Source: Myxococcota bacterium (GTDB lineage: Bacteria > Myxococcota_A > UBA9160 > SMWR01). Taken from it: DNA of 64,000 nt. Shown here one piece after another: positions 39,521 to 51,738 of the stretch (positions are counted from its first letter, which is position 1; each line of letters begins with the position of its first letter). A model generated the notes under the pieces. That model was not told where the DNA came from. It saw only the letters and a program-made list of their open reading frames with translations, and did not search any database. Location: positions 1,820 to 65,819 of the forward strand of contig DASUFZ010000043.1 of assembly GCA_036274295.1 (NCBI GenBank), written 5' to 3'. The position numbers and the translations under genes were made by a program.

Positions 39521-42070
39521 CTACGCGATCGGCGCGGCTCGCAGCTCGGCCAGGATCTCGCGCGCGTTCTGGTAGCGCTCTTCGGGATCCTTGCGCATGC
39601 AGCGCTCGATGATCTGCGCGAGCACCTGCGGGAGATCCGGCACCACCTCGAGCGGATCGGGCGGCGGCGTGTGCACGTGGTGGTACGGCAGGTTGCCCTC
39701 GGTGAAGGGCAGCCCGCCCGTGGCCATCTCGAACACCGAGACGCCGAGCGAGTAGATGTCGGTGCGGTGGTCGACGTTCTTCCCGAGCGTCTGCTCCGGG
39801 CTCATGTAGTAGGGCGTCCCCGAGACCACCGTCGTGTGGTTGCGGACCTCCTCGATCACCTTGGCGAGCCCGAAGTCCATGATCTTGGCCTTGCGGTCGA
39901 CGGTCCACATGGCGTTCGCCGTCTTGATGTCGCGGTGCACGATCTTCTTGTCGTGGGCGTACGCGAGCGCCTCGGCCATCTGCGAGACCACGTGCGCCAC
40001 GCCCTTCGGCGCGATGCGCCCGCGCCGCTTGATGATCTCCTTGAGCGTGTGGCCGTCGACGTACTCCATGGCGATGTAGAAGACGCCGTCCTGCTCGCCG
40101 GCGTCGTAGACCATCACGATGTTCGGGTGGTTCAGCTGCGCCGCGCTCTTCGCCTCGCGCAGAAAGTTCTTCAGCGCCTGCGGGTTCTCGCGCAGCGCGT
40201 CGGGCAGCACCTTGAAGGCGACCGTGCGGTCGAGGACGGTGTCGTCGGCCTTGTAGACGACGCCCATGCCGCCGCGGCCGAGCGTGCCGCGGATGACGTA
40301 GCGGCCCGACTTGCTCTGCGGCGCGCCGCTCCCCGCGCCCTCGGCAGGCGCCGCCTTGGCGAGCGCGTCGCGGCACTGCTGCAGGCGCGCGTGGACGTCC
40401 TCGTAGCGGACGTCGAAGGCCAGCAGCTTCTCGTAGAGCGCGACCGCCGCGGCGAAGTCGCCGCTCGCCTCGTAGACGGTGGCGAGGCAGTAGAAGACGC
40501 GATGGTTGCTGCGGTCGAGCTCGCCCTCGCCGATGGCGTCGCGCAGCTTCGCGATCGCGACGGGATACATCTGGCGGTCGCGGAAGATCTCGCCGAGCAG
40601 CGCCGAGGCGCCGGCGAAGTCCTTGTGACCGGGCGGAACGCTCTGGAGCGCGGCGATGGCGGCGTCGTCGCGGCCCTTCTCGCGGTGGACCTGGCCGGCG
40701 CGCAGATTCGCGCCGGCCTTCTCGAGCAGCTCGGCCTCGCGCACGTCGTCGCCGTCGAGCGCGTAGCACTCGGCGGCCTCGGCGAACTTCCCGGCGCGCT
40801 CGAAGCAGCGAGCGGCATTCGCACGATCGGAGGCGGCCACGAACATCTCGGCGGCCTGCGCGGGCGCGCCGGCGCGGTCGTAGCAGGCGGCGGATTCCGC
40901 GTAACGCTCGAGCAGGCGATAGAGATCGGCCGCCTCGAGCTGCTCGCCGGCCTTCTCGAACTGCGCGGCCGCGTCGGCGTGCTCGCCCCGATCGCGGTGG
41001 TACTCGGCCAGGATGCGCGCCGCGCCCGTCGGGTTCGTCTTCTCGAGCGCCTTCGCCGCGCGCGGCGCCTGGCGCGCCTTGGTGAAGAGCTCCACCGCGC
41101 GCGCCGCGTCGCCGCGCTTCTCGGCGAGCTCCGCGGCCTGCTCCCACAGACTGCCCTTGATGAGGACGTTCTCGGCCTTCTCGAGCTCGCCGCCGCGCTG
41201 GTAGAGCTGCGCGGCCATGCGCACGAGCTTCCCGTAGTCCTCGCGCGCGCGGTCGTCGCGGTTCGCGGCGCCCCCCGCCTCGACGAGCTCCTGGTCCAGG
41301 CACTTCGCAGCGCGCAGCCACTGCTGGCACTTGCCCCAGCAGCGCGCGGCGTCGCGCGGGAAATCGGTCTTCTCGTAGCACTCGGCGGCGCGCTTGAAGT
41401 CGCCCGCCTTCTCGAACATCTCGGCGGCCTGGCTGAGGTTGCCGCCCGCGAGGTTCGACTCGGCCGCGCGCCCGAACTCGTTCTGCTGCGCGAAGATCAC
41501 CGCGGCGGCGGAGTGCTTGCCCGCCTTGGCGTAGAGCTCGGCGGACTCGAGGAAACGGTTCTGGTCGTGGCGGATCTCCGCGGCGCGCGTCAGCTCGCCA
41601 CCCTCGAGGAAGTAGTCGGCCGCCTCGTCGAGCAGGCCCGCGGTGAAGCAGAGCTCCGCGGCCTCGACGTGCTCGCCCTTGCGCGCGAGCGACGCGGCGT
41701 CCTTCTTCGCCTTGCGCGCGAGCTTGCCGCCGACGGCCGCGCGTCCCATCTCTGCGTCGGCCGCCTCGTCCTTGGCCTTGCCCTTGGCGGGCTTGGCGCC
41801 GCCGCTGCTCCCGCCGTCCGCCGGCCGCAGCGCGAGGCCGACGAGCAGCAGGCCGACCGGCGCGAGCGCGAAGCGGAGCGGCACCTCGGCGACCTTGTCG
41901 AGGATCTGCGGCGCGAGCTCCTCGTCCGTGCCGGGCACGTGGACCAGCGCGGAGCGCAGCAGGCCGTCCGCCGAATCACGCGCCTTCTCGACCGCGTCGG
42001 AATCGCCTGCGTACGCCTGGGCGAGGCCGAGTCCGCCGAGCGCCAGGGCCAGCGCGCCGGCGATCCCCAT
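39521..42070 (-). CDS. Membrane-anchored repeat protein with a C-terminal Hanks-type Ser/Thr kinase domain
   Basis: Track ORF 39521..42496, trimmed to ATG 42070; TTG 42094 is also possible. N-terminal TM helices are followed by ~450 aa of ~20-residue Ala-rich helical repeats (AAE.y.kAG.f..AA...). The last ~260 aa are a kinase: GRGGMGVVYKA, VAFKVL, HRDIKTAN, DFG, SGTPYYMSPE. Confidence 0.8.
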   Translation of the reverse strand: MGIAGALALALGGLGLAQAYAGDSDAVEKARDSADGLLRSALVHVPGTDEELAPQILDKVAEVPLRFALAPVGLLLVGLALRPADGGSSGGAKPAKGKAKDEAADAEMGRAAVGGKLARKAKKDAASLARKGEHVEAAELCFTAGLLDEAADYFLEGGELTRAAEIRHDQNRFLESAELYAKAGKHSAAAVIFAQQNEFGRAAESNLAGGNLSQAAEMFEKAGDFKRAAECYEKTDFPRDAARCWGKCQQWLRAAKCLDQELVEAGGAANRDDRAREDYGKLVRMAAQLYQRGGELEKAENVLIKGSLWEQAAELAEKRGDAARAVELFTKARQAPRAAKALEKTNPTGAARILAEYHRDRGEHADAAAQFEKAGEQLEAADLYRLLERYAESAACYDRAGAPAQAAEMFVAASDRANAARCFERAGKFAEAAECYALDGDDVREAELLEKAGANLRAGQVHREKGRDDAAIAALQSVPPGHKDFAGASALLGEIFRDRQMYPVAIAKLRDAIGEGELDRSNHRVFYCLATVYEASGDFAAAVALYEKLLAFDVRYEDVHARLQQCRDALAKAAPAEGAGSGAPQSKSGRYVIRGTLGRGGMGVVYKADDTVLDRTVAFKVLPDALRENPQALKNFLREAKSAAQLNHPNIVMVYDAGEQDGVFYIAMEYVDGHTLKEIIKRRGRIAPKGVAHVVSQMAEALAYAHDKKIVHRDIKTANAMWTVDRKAKIMDFGLAKVIEEVRNHTTVVSGTPYYMSPEQTLGKNVDHRTDIYSLGVSVFEMATGGLPFTEGNLPYHHVHTPPPDPLEVVPDLPQVLAQIIERCMRKDPEERYQNAREILAELRAAPIA

Positions 42071-42146
42071 CAGCAATCGGACGATTGCTCCCAACTCCCG
42101 CCCCCAAGTCCGGTCCCCTGGACCAAGCGGGCGTATCGGCCGGCCG

Positions 42147-43196
42147 CTAGAGGAGCTTTCGCTGCTGCTGGATGACCGCCGGCTCCGTCTCGGGCGGCAG
42201 GCCGAAGTGCTCGCGGGCTCGCCGCGTGGCGACGCGGCCGCGCGGCGTGCGCGCCAGGAAGCCCTGGTGGATGAGGTAGGGCTCGACCACATCCTCGAGC
42301 GTGCCCTCGTCCTCGCCCACGGCCGCTGCGAGGGTCGCGAGCCCGACCGGGCCGCCCTCGAACTTGTCGAGCAGCGCGCCGAGCACCTGGCGGTCGAGGC
42401 GGTCGAAGCCCACGGCGTCGACGTCGAGGCGCTCGAGCGCGAAGCGCGCGCGCTGGCGCGTGACGGCGGCGCCGTGCCCCTCCCCGACCGCCGCAAAATC
42501 GCGCACGCGCCGCAGCAGCCGGTTGCCGACGCGCGGCGTGCCGCGCGAGCGGCGCGCGATCTCCGCCAGCGCAGGCTTCTCGATCTCCACGCGCAGCACG
42601 CGCGCCGAGCGCGCGAGGATCTTCTCTAGGTCCGCGTCCGGGTAGTACTCGAGGCGCGCTGACCAGCCGAAACGGTCGCGCAGCGGCGAGGTCAGCATGC
42701 CGGCGCGCGTGGTGGCGCCGATCAGGGTGAAGCGCGGGAGATCGAGGCGCATCGAGCGCGCGCCGGGCCCCTGTCCGATCAGGATGTCGAGCTGGAAGTC
42801 CTCCATCGCCGGGTAGAGGATCTCCTCCACCACGGGCGGCAAGCGGTGGATCTCGTCGATGAAGAGCACGTCGCCCGCCTCGAGGTTCGAGAGCAGCGCG
42901 GCGAGATCGCCGGGGCGCTCGATCGCGGGGCCGCTGGTGGAGCGCAGCGCGGCGCCCATCTCGTGCGCGACGATGCCGCCGAGCGACGTCTTGCCGAGGC
43001 CGGGCGGGCCATGCAGGAGCAGGTGATCGAGCGGCTCCCCGCGCTGCTTCGCGGCCTGGATGAAGACCGCGAGGTTCTCGCGCACGCGATCCTGCCCGAC
43101 CATCTCGTCGAGCGTGCGCGGGCGCAGCGCCTCCTCCCACGCCGCGTCGCCCGGCAGCGCGCGCCGCGTCAGCGCACCGCGTTCCTCGTCGATCAT
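42147..43196 (-). CDS. ruvB: Holliday junction branch migration ATPase RuvB
   Basis: Track ORF trimmed to ATG 43196 (ATGA overlap with the ruvA stop). Reads [23 protein letters not shown] and [16 protein letters not shown]. Confidence 0.95.
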   Translation of the reverse strand: MIDEERGALTRRALPGDAAWEEALRPRTLDEMVGQDRVRENLAVFIQAAKQRGEPLDHLLLHGPPGLGKTSLGGIVAHEMGAALRSTSGPAIERPGDLAALLSNLEAGDVLFIDEIHRLPPVVEEILYPAMEDFQLDILIGQGPGARSMRLDLPRFTLIGATTRAGMLTSPLRDRFGWSARLEYYPDADLEKILARSARVLRVEIEKPALAEIARRSRGTPRVGNRLLRRVRDFAAVGEGHGAAVTRQRARFALERLDVDAVGFDRLDRQVLGALLDKFEGGPVGLATLAAAVGEDEGTLEDVVEPYLIHQGFLARTPRGRVATRRAREHFGLPPETEPAVIQQQRKLL

Positions 43197-43798
43197 CGCG
43201 CGAGCCTCCGGAGCGCGGCGCGCACGCACGTCTCGATGCTCGCGTCGTCCCCGAGCTCGGCGGAGACGTCGGCGAGCACGCGCTCGGACTCGCCGCGCGT
43301 GTAGCCGAGGTTCTGGAGCGCCGAGATCGCGTCCTCGCGGGCGCCGCGCGCTGTCACGTCGCCGGGACCGGGGGGCGCGTCGAGCGCGAGCGCCAGCTCG
43401 TCGGCGCGATCCTTCAGCTCGACCAGGATGCGCTCGGCGAGCTTCGCGCCGACGCCGCTGACGCGCTTGAGCGGCCCGGTGTCGCGCTCGCGGATCGCGC
43501 GCAGCAGCTCCGTCGGCCGGATGCCCGAGAGGACGGTCTGCGCGAGCTTCGGACCGACGCGGCTCGTGTGCAGCAGCAGCTCGAACGCGGCCTGCTCGGG
43601 CGCGCTGAGGAAGCCGTAGAGCTGGAGCGCGCCTTCGCGCGCGTGGGTGTGGATGCGCAGCGCCACCGTCTTGCCATCGTCGGGCAGGCGCTCGTAGGTC
43701 GACAGCGGGACGAATACCTCGTAGCCGACGCCGTGGACGTCGAGCACGACGCGCGACGGCGTCCGCTCGAAGAGCACGCCCTCGAGGCGCGCGATCAC
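43193..43798 (-). CDS. ruvA: Holliday junction DNA-binding protein RuvA
   Basis: Last 201 aa of track ORF 43193..44137. Reads [31 protein letters not shown] and LYGF, with HhH motifs VGPKLA and [13 protein letters not shown] 43798 overlaps the ruvC stop (GTGA). Confidence 0.9.
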   Translation of the reverse strand: MIARLEGVLFERTPSRVVLDVHGVGYEVFVPLSTYERLPDDGKTVALRIHTHAREGALQLYGFLSAPEQAAFELLLHTSRVGPKLAQTVLSGIRPTELLRAIRERDTGPLKRVSGVGAKLAERILVELKDRADELALALDAPPGPGDVTARGAREDAISALQNLGYTRGESERVLADVSAELGDDASIETCVRAALRRLAR

Positions 43799-44334
43799 GA
43801 GACGCGCCTCACGCGCACGACCGGTCCGCGCGATCGTTGCCGGCGCGCGCGCGGGCGCTGCGCCAGCAGCTCGAGGCGCCCGGCCATGGCGTGGCAGAGC
43901 GCCGCGGCGAGCGCGTCGGCGGCGTCGGCCGCCGGCCAGCTCGAGAGGTCGAGCACGCGCGCGACCACGCGCTGGATCTGGTCCTTGCCGGCGCGACCGC
44001 TGCCGGCGACGGAGAGCTTGATGTGCGCCGGCGCGTACTCGACGACCGCCACGCCCGCGCCGCCGAGCGCGGCCAGCGCCGCGCCGCGCGCCTGCCCGAG
44101 CACGAGAGCCGAGCGCGGGCTCACGGCCACGAAGCACTGCTCGATGCTGGCGACGTCCGGCCGGTAGCGCTGCGCCAGCTCGGCGACCTCGCGATGCAGG
44201 CGCGCGAGGCGCGAGGTCAGCGAGCCGGTGCGCGGGAGGCGGATCGTGCCGTGCGCGACGTGGACGACACGAGCGCCGCTCCGCTCCACCAACCCGAAGC
44301 CCGTCGTCGCGCTGCCCGGGTCGATGCCGAGCAC
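43795..44334 (-). CDS. ruvC: Crossover junction endodeoxyribonuclease RuvC
   Basis: Last 179 aa of track ORF 43795..45195. Reads [24 protein letters not shown] and [14 protein letters not shown]. The start is GTG 44334. Confidence 0.85.
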   Translation of the reverse strand: MLGIDPGSATTGFGLVERSGARVVHVAHGTIRLPRTGSLTSRLARLHREVAELAQRYRPDVASIEQCFVAVSPRSALVLGQARGAALAALGGAGVAVVEYAPAHIKLSVAGSGRAGKDQIQRVVARVLDLSSWPAADAADALAAALCHAMAGRLELLAQRPRARRQRSRGPVVRVRRVS

Positions 44335-44462
44335 GCGCTGCGCGGCGGCGCTCCGCGCCGGCTCGCGCCCCTCGTGGTGGTTCGATTCCAACGAGCCCCC
44401 GATGACACGGGAGGATGGATCCGTCGTCGTCCGCGCGGGGGGGAGGAACGCGCGCGGCCAGC

Positions 44463-45212
44463 TTAGCTCGCGATCCGACTCATCTCCTCCTCGGAGATGT
44501 CGAAGTTCGCGTGGACGTTCTGGACGTCGTCGAGATCCTCGAGGCCGTCGGCGAGCCGCAGCATGCTTTCCGCGTCCTTGCCCTCGAGCTGGACCGTGGT
44601 CGACGGGATCATCGTCAGCTCGGCCGACGCGGGCGTGAAGCCCTTCGCCGCCAGCGCGCTCTTCACGGCGTCGAACTCGGCGGGGGCGGTCGTCACGTCG
44701 GCGCCGGAGTCCGACTCCTGGACGTCCTCCGCGCCGGCATCGAGGGCGGCCTCGAGGAGCGCGTCCACGTCCAGGCCGGCGCGCTCGAAGCTCAGCACGC
44801 CCTTCTTCGAGAAGAGGTAGGCCACGCAGCCGCTCGAGCCGAGGTTGCCGCCGAACTTGGTGAGGACGTGGCGCAGCTCGCCCACCGTGCGGTTCTTGTT
44901 GTCGGTCAGCACCTCGACGTAGATGGCGGTGCCCCCGGGGCCGTAGCCCTCGTACACCACCTCCTCGTACGACTCGGTGGCGCCCTCGCCCGTGCCCTTC
45001 TTGATGGCCCGCTCGATGTTGTCCTTGGGCATGTTGGCGCCGCGCGCCTTGTCCATCGCGAGGCGGAGCCGCGGATTGGCGCCGGGATCGCCGCCGCCGA
45101 TCCGGGCCGCCGTGGCGATCTCGCGGATCAGCTTCGTGAAGATCTTCCCGCGCTTGGCGTCGACGGCGCCCTTCTTGCGCTTGATCGTCGCCCACTTGGA
45201 GTGACCGGACAT
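44463..45212 (-). CDS. yebC: YebC/PmpR family DNA-binding transcriptional regulator
   Basis: Track ORF trimmed to the internal ATG. Reads [32 protein letters not shown]...[14 protein letters not shown]. Confidence 0.9.
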   Translation of the reverse strand: MSGHSKWATIKRKKGAVDAKRGKIFTKLIREIATAARIGGGDPGANPRLRLAMDKARGANMPKDNIERAIKKGTGEGATESYEEVVYEGYGPGGTAIYVEVLTDNKNRTVGELRHVLTKFGGNLGSSGCVAYLFSKKGVLSFERAGLDVDALLEAALDAGAEDVQESDSGADVTTAPAEFDAVKSALAAKGFTPASAELTMIPSTTVQLEGKDAESMLRLADGLEDLDDVQNVHANFDISEEEMSRIAS

Positions 45213-45343
45213 CCCCAAACCCCTGGAAAACGCTCGGGGTTTAGCACGCCCTCCGCGCCGCACCAAGACGGCCCGCCCGCAAGCGAGACGGCTCCAGCGC
45301 AACCGGCAGCTTGCCGATATGCGGGGGGCGGAAGAGGGGTTGC

Positions 45344-47368
<2,025 letters not shown>

Positions 47369-47371
47369 GCC

Positions 47372-47887
47372 GTGCCGGAGCAGCTGGCGCCCACCGAGAT
47401 CCGGGCACTCGCGCGGCTGCTCGGCGAGCTCGACTACTACCAGCTCCTGCACCTGCGCCGCGACGCGGGCAGCGCGGACGTGAAGCGCGCGTATCACGCC
47501 ACCACGCGCGTCTTCCATCCGGACGCCAATCGCAGCCTCGAGCCGGAGCTCCAGGAGGCGGTGCGCCAGATCGCCATGCGCGTCTCGGAGGCGTACTCCG
47601 TGCTGCGCGACCCGCGCCGGCGGCGCGCCTACGACATGCGCCTCTCCGAGGACGGCCGCATCCGCATCCAGCTCTCCGAGGCGAGGGACGAGGCCGAGAA
47701 GCGCGACGCCAGCGAGCGCGGCGGGCGCACCCGCGAGGGACAGCGCTTCTACAAGATGGCGATGGCCGACCTCAAGCGGCGCGACTTCGGCGCCGCCGCG
47801 CGCAATCTCCAGACGGCGCTGACCTTCGAGCCCGACAACGCGCACTTCAAGGAGCAGCTCGCCGCGGCGCGCTCCAAAGTCGTATAG
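47372..47887 (+). CDS. J-domain protein (Hsp70 co-chaperone-like) with a TPR-like C-terminal half
   Basis: Track ORF of 171 aa. The GTG start is 3 nt after the Hsp70 stop. Reads DYYQLLHLRRDAGSADVKRAYHATTRVFHPDAN (HPD motif) ...AYSVLRDPRRRRAYD. Confidence 0.8.
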   Translation: MPEQLAPTEIRALARLLGELDYYQLLHLRRDAGSADVKRAYHATTRVFHPDANRSLEPELQEAVRQIAMRVSEAYSVLRDPRRRRAYDMRLSEDGRIRIQLSEARDEAEKRDASERGGRTREGQRFYKMAMADLKRRDFGAAARNLQTALTFEPDNAHFKEQLAAARSKVV

Positions 47888-48016
47888 CCCCGATACGGGC
47901 GAGTCCGTTTGACAGCGCCGCGCAGGCGCTGGCATGCTGCGGCGCCGCGCGCCGTCCGTCGGCATCTGCCGCCGACGGAGTCTCCGCGCGCATCCCCGCG
48001 AAAGGACCCCCCGACC

Positions 48017-48433
48017 ATGGCCGAAGCCGCGCTCCGTCCCGTCGTCCCCTTCCTGAAGAACCCGGCGGGCGCCGACCCGTATCTCGAGGGCAATCAGTGC
48101 GGCGCCTGCGGCGCCATCTTCCTCGACGAGCGCGACACCTGCTCGAAGTGCGGCAAGCACGGCGCCATCCAGAAGAAGAAGCTCTCGAACCGCGGCGAGC
48201 TCTACGTCTACTCGATCGTGCACCGCTCCTTCCCCGGGATCGAGGTGCCCTACGTCTCGGCGATCGTCGATCTCGAGGGCGGCGGCACGGTCAAGGGGAA
48301 CCTGATCAACATCCCGCCCGACCCGGCCAGGATCAAGATGGGGATGCCGGTCGAGGTGATCTACAAGGTCGCGCCGCGCAAGGATCGCGACGGCAACGAG
48401 TACCTCACCTACTACTTCCAGCCCCGGGCCTAG
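48017..48433 (+). CDS. Zn-ribbon / OB-fold protein (DUF35 family)
   Basis: Track ORF trimmed to ATG 48017. The ribbon reads CGACGAIFLDERDTCSKCG. The OB-fold part reads GELYVYSIVH...VSAIVDLEGGGTVKGNLI...GMPVEV. Confidence 0.75.
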   Translation: MAEAALRPVVPFLKNPAGADPYLEGNQCGACGAIFLDERDTCSKCGKHGAIQKKKLSNRGELYVYSIVHRSFPGIEVPYVSAIVDLEGGGTVKGNLINIPPDPARIKMGMPVEVIYKVAPRKDRDGNEYLTYYFQPRA

Positions 48434-48451
48434 CCGGAAAAGGAGCTCTCC

Positions 48452-49600
48452 ATGAGCGACGTCTTCATCGTCGGCATCGACATGACCAAGTTCCAGAAGG
48501 CGGGCACGGGCCCGGCCGTGGACGTGCTCGGCGCGCAGGCCGCGCGCATGGCGCTCGACGACTGCGGTCTGAAGATCCAGGACATGCAGGCGCTCTACTG
48601 CGGCAACCTCGGCCAGGCCAACGCGATGGTCGGCCAGCGCGTGCTGCAGCAGATCGGCCAGACCGGCATCCCCGTGGTGAACTGCGCGAACGCCTGCGCG
48701 ACCGGCGCGACCGCGTTCCGCGAGGCGTGGATGGCGATCAAGGCCGGCGTCTACGACCTGGTGCTCGCGGTCGGCGTCGAGAAGATGGGCAGCGGCCTGC
48801 TCGGCGGCGGCGGGGGCGGCGGCGGCATCCCCAAGGAGGGCCTGCTCGGCTCGGGCACGATGCCGGCCGTGTTCGCCGAGGCGGGCATGGAGCACGCGCG
48901 CAAGTACGGCACGACCTTCGAGCAGTTCGCGAAGGTGTCGGTGAAGAACCATCACCACTCGACGATGAACCCGAAGTCGATGTACCGGATCGAGACGCCG
49001 CTCGAGATGGTGATGAACGCGGAGATGATCGCGTACCCCAACACCAAGCTGATGTGCTCGGTGAACGTCGACGGCTCCGCGGCGGCGGTGCTCGCGAGCG
49101 AGAAGAAGGCCCGCGAGCTGGGCCTGATGAAGCGCGCGGTGCGCGTGAAGGCGTCGGTGTTGACGAGCGATCCGTGGCAGGAGCGCGACCTCGTGATGCC
49201 CGACGTCAACACCTGCACGCGCCTGGCCGCCAGGCGCGCCTACGAGATGGCGGGCGTATCGGCGAGCGACATCGACCTCGTCGAGCTCCACGACTGCTTC
49301 GCGACCGCGGAGATCCTGCACTACGAGAACCTCGGACTCTGCGGCGACGGCGAAGCCGGCAAGCTCATCGACGCCGGCGAGACGGCGCACGGCGGCCGCG
49401 TCCCGGTCAACATGTCGGGCGGTCTGCTCTCGAAGGGCCATCCGCTCGGCGCGACCGGCATCGCGAACGTCTACGAAATCGCGACGCACCTGCGCGGCGA
49501 GGCGGGCGAGCGCCAGGTGGCGGGCGCGCGCATCGGACTGACGCACGTGATCGGACTCGGCAGCGCCTGCGCGATCCACATTCTCGAGAAGAACGCCTAG
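48452..49600 (+). CDS. Thiolase-superfamily protein (SCP-x / non-specific lipid-transfer type)
   Basis: Track ORF of 382 aa. Reads VVNCANACATGATAFREA (nucleophile Cys context), ELHDCFA and GGLLSKGHPLGATG. Confidence 0.8.
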   Translation: MSDVFIVGIDMTKFQKAGTGPAVDVLGAQAARMALDDCGLKIQDMQALYCGNLGQANAMVGQRVLQQIGQTGIPVVNCANACATGATAFREAWMAIKAGVYDLVLAVGVEKMGSGLLGGGGGGGGIPKEGLLGSGTMPAVFAEAGMEHARKYGTTFEQFAKVSVKNHHHSTMNPKSMYRIETPLEMVMNAEMIAYPNTKLMCSVNVDGSAAAVLASEKKARELGLMKRAVRVKASVLTSDPWQERDLVMPDVNTCTRLAARRAYEMAGVSASDIDLVELHDCFATAEILHYENLGLCGDGEAGKLIDAGETAHGGRVPVNMSGGLLSKGHPLGATGIANVYEIATHLRGEAGERQVAGARIGLTHVIGLGSACAIHILEKNA

Positions 49601-49635
49601 GCGACTTCGGCACTCGGGCGGCTATCCTGCGCGCC

Positions 49636-51738
49636 GTGTCGAGCGGCCCCGGGAGCCTCCGTGCGCACGCGACGCGCGCCCTCCTGTGCGCCGTCGTCGC
49701 GGCCGCGTGCTGGGCGTGCGGTGACGAGGTCGCGACGCAGCCCGCGAAGGCCGACGCGCAGGTCGAGTCCGCCGGGCCGGCCGAGGTCGAGAAGGCGGCC
49801 GCGCCCGCGCGCGCCGAGCGGAAGGAGCGTCCCCTGCCCGCCTTCGGCGGCTGGACGCTCGAGGGCAAGCGCCTCGAGATCTCGGAGCTGCTCGGCAAAC
49901 GCGCGGTGATCTTCTTCTTCAACCCGGAGATGACGTCGACCGTGCCGATCGCGCAGGCGGTCGCCGAGATCGCGAAGGTGCGCGGGCAGAACAACTTCGA
50001 AATCGTCGGCATCGCCGTCGGCTCGAGCGCGGACGCGGCTCGCGCGTTCGTCGCGCACCAGGGCTTCACGTTCCCGGTGATCGACGACTCGTCCGCGAAG
50101 ATCTCGCGCATGTTCGGGCTGCGCGGCCCGATGGCGATCCTCGGCGTCGACGCCGAGGGCTACGTGACGTTCGGGATGGCGCAGTTCCCGACCGATCCCG
50201 AGGCGCGCTCCTCGGTCGAGCAGCAGCTGCGCGAGTCGCTGCGCCTGCCCGAGCCCGGCGCCGACGTCGTGGGCAAGCCGGAGGCGCCGCTCTTCGAGGC
50301 CGACGTGATCGACGGGAAGTCCACCTTCGATCTCGCCGCGCAGCGCGGCCGCCCGGTCCTGCTGCTCTTCTTCCTGCACACCTGCCCGCACTGCCACGAG
50401 TTCCTCGAGTTCATCAAGAAGGAGCTCGCTACCTACGACGACGCGAAGCGGCCCGTGCTCGTCGGCGTCGAGCTGACCGGCAAGACCTTCGCGGTGCGCG
50501 ACCAGATGAAGAAGGACGGGCTCGACTTCTTTCCGGTGGTCTTCGACGAGAGCGGCAAGATCCGCGAGAGCTACGGCGTCTTCGGCGCCGTGCCCGACGT
50601 CGTGCTGATCGACGCGCAGGGCCGCATCTCGGCGCGCCGCCAGGGCTTCGCGCCGGAGACCGACGCGCCGCTGCTGCGCATGCGCCTGGCGAAGCTGGCG
50701 GGCACGCCCGTGCCGATGCTGCTGCGCAAGACCGGCTTCAGCGGCAACGAGGCATGCGGCGTGTGCCACGAGGCGCAGCACGAGACCTGGATGCTGACGT
50801 CGCACGCGGGCGCCTTCGACACGCTCGTGAAGCACGGCGCCGACACCAACGCGGAGTGCGTCGCCTGCCACGTGGTCGGCTTCGGGAAGGAGGGCGGCTA
50901 CCAGATCGGCAAGTACGCGCCGGAGCTGGAAGACGTCGGCTGCGAGGACTGCCACGGACGCGGCGGCCCGCACCTCTCGCCCGCCACGGTCGTCGGCGGC
51001 GACTACTCGAAGCAGTGCCTGCAGTGCCACGACGAGAAGCACTCGCTCGGATTCGACTACGCGAGCTTCGTGCCGCGCATCTCGCACGCAGCCAATGCCC
51101 ACCTGCTCGCGCTTCCCGCCAAGGAGCGCGAGAAGATCCTGGCCGAGCGCGGCGCCGTGCGCGCGAGCCTGCTCCCGACGAGCGCGGCCTACGTCGGCTC
51201 CGATACTTGCAAGAGCTGCCACCCGGCCGAGCACGCGACCTGGCTGTCGAGCCCGCACGCGTCGTCCTTCGCGACACTCGCGAAGGCGGGCAAGGACGCC
51301 GACGCGAGCTGCATCGCGTGTCACACCACGGGCCTCGGCAAGACGGGCGGCTTCCCGACCGGCGCCAAGGGCGCCGATCACCCCGATCTCGCGCGCGTCG
51401 GCTGCGAATCGTGCCACGGTCCCGGCGGCAACCACGTCGGCGCCGACGCGCCGAAGCGCGGCACCATCCTCTCGCTCGGCGACAAGTGCGACTCGTGCGT
51501 GATCCTGCAGATCTGCGGCAGCTGCCACGACGACGCCAACGACCCAGGCTTCGAGTTCGAGGTCGTCCAGAAGATCGAGAAGAACCGCCACGGCACGATC
51601 GAGGCCGGCACCGGCAAGCCGCTGAAGCCGGGCGGCAAGTCGGCGCGCGTCGACGGCGATGCCCACGCGCTGCTGGCCGCGGCCTTCGCCGCGCACGACG
51701 CCGCGGCGAGCGAGAGCCCGGGTTGGACCGCGCGCTGA
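49636..51738 (+). CDS. Lipoprotein-like fusion of two thioredoxin/redoxin folds and a duplicated tetrahaem (8 x CxxCH) cytochrome c
   Basis: In-frame tail of track ORF 45319..51738, from GTG 49636. The signal peptide ends VVAAAC. Redoxin fold 1 lacks CxxC ([14 protein letters not shown]). Fold 2 has [15 protein letters not shown]. The haem motifs are CGVCH, CVACH, CEDCH, CLQCH, CKSCH, CIACH, CESCH and CGSCH. Confidence 0.8.
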   Translation: MSSGPGSLRAHATRALLCAVVAAACWACGDEVATQPAKADAQVESAGPAEVEKAAAPARAERKERPLPAFGGWTLEGKRLEISELLGKRAVIFFFNPEMTSTVPIAQAVAEIAKVRGQNNFEIVGIAVGSSADAARAFVAHQGFTFPVIDDSSAKISRMFGLRGPMAILGVDAEGYVTFGMAQFPTDPEARSSVEQQLRESLRLPEPGADVVGKPEAPLFEADVIDGKSTFDLAAQRGRPVLLLFFLHTCPHCHEFLEFIKKELATYDDAKRPVLVGVELTGKTFAVRDQMKKDGLDFFPVVFDESGKIRESYGVFGAVPDVVLIDAQGRISARRQGFAPETDAPLLRMRLAKLAGTPVPMLLRKTGFSGNEACGVCHEAQHETWMLTSHAGAFDTLVKHGADTNAECVACHVVGFGKEGGYQIGKYAPELEDVGCEDCHGRGGPHLSPATVVGGDYSKQCLQCHDEKHSLGFDYASFVPRISHAANAHLLALPAKEREKILAERGAVRASLLPTSAAYVGSDTCKSCHPAEHATWLSSPHASSFATLAKAGKDADASCIACHTTGLGKTGGFPTGAKGADHPDLARVGCESCHGPGGNHVGADAPKRGTILSLGDKCDSCVILQICGSCHDDANDPGFEFEVVQKIEKNRHGTIEAGTGKPLKPGGKSARVDGDAHALLAAAFAAHDAAASESPGWTAR

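Noticed and set aside
44379-44389. A GGTTCGATTCC T-loop-like motif between yebC and ruvC, which could be a tRNA or tRNA remnant
   Set aside because: The flanking bases give only a 3-bp T-stem. The sequence ~70 nt upstream has no complement to the would-be acceptor 3' strand (GAGCCCC). No cloverleaf can be drawn.
44335-44462. A LexA/SOS box upstream of ruvC-ruvA-ruvB
   Set aside because: I could not find a convincing match to the LexA motifs I remember, either the gammaproteobacterial CTGT-N8-ACAG or the deltaproteobacterial variants. The appropriate motif for this lineage is unknown to me.
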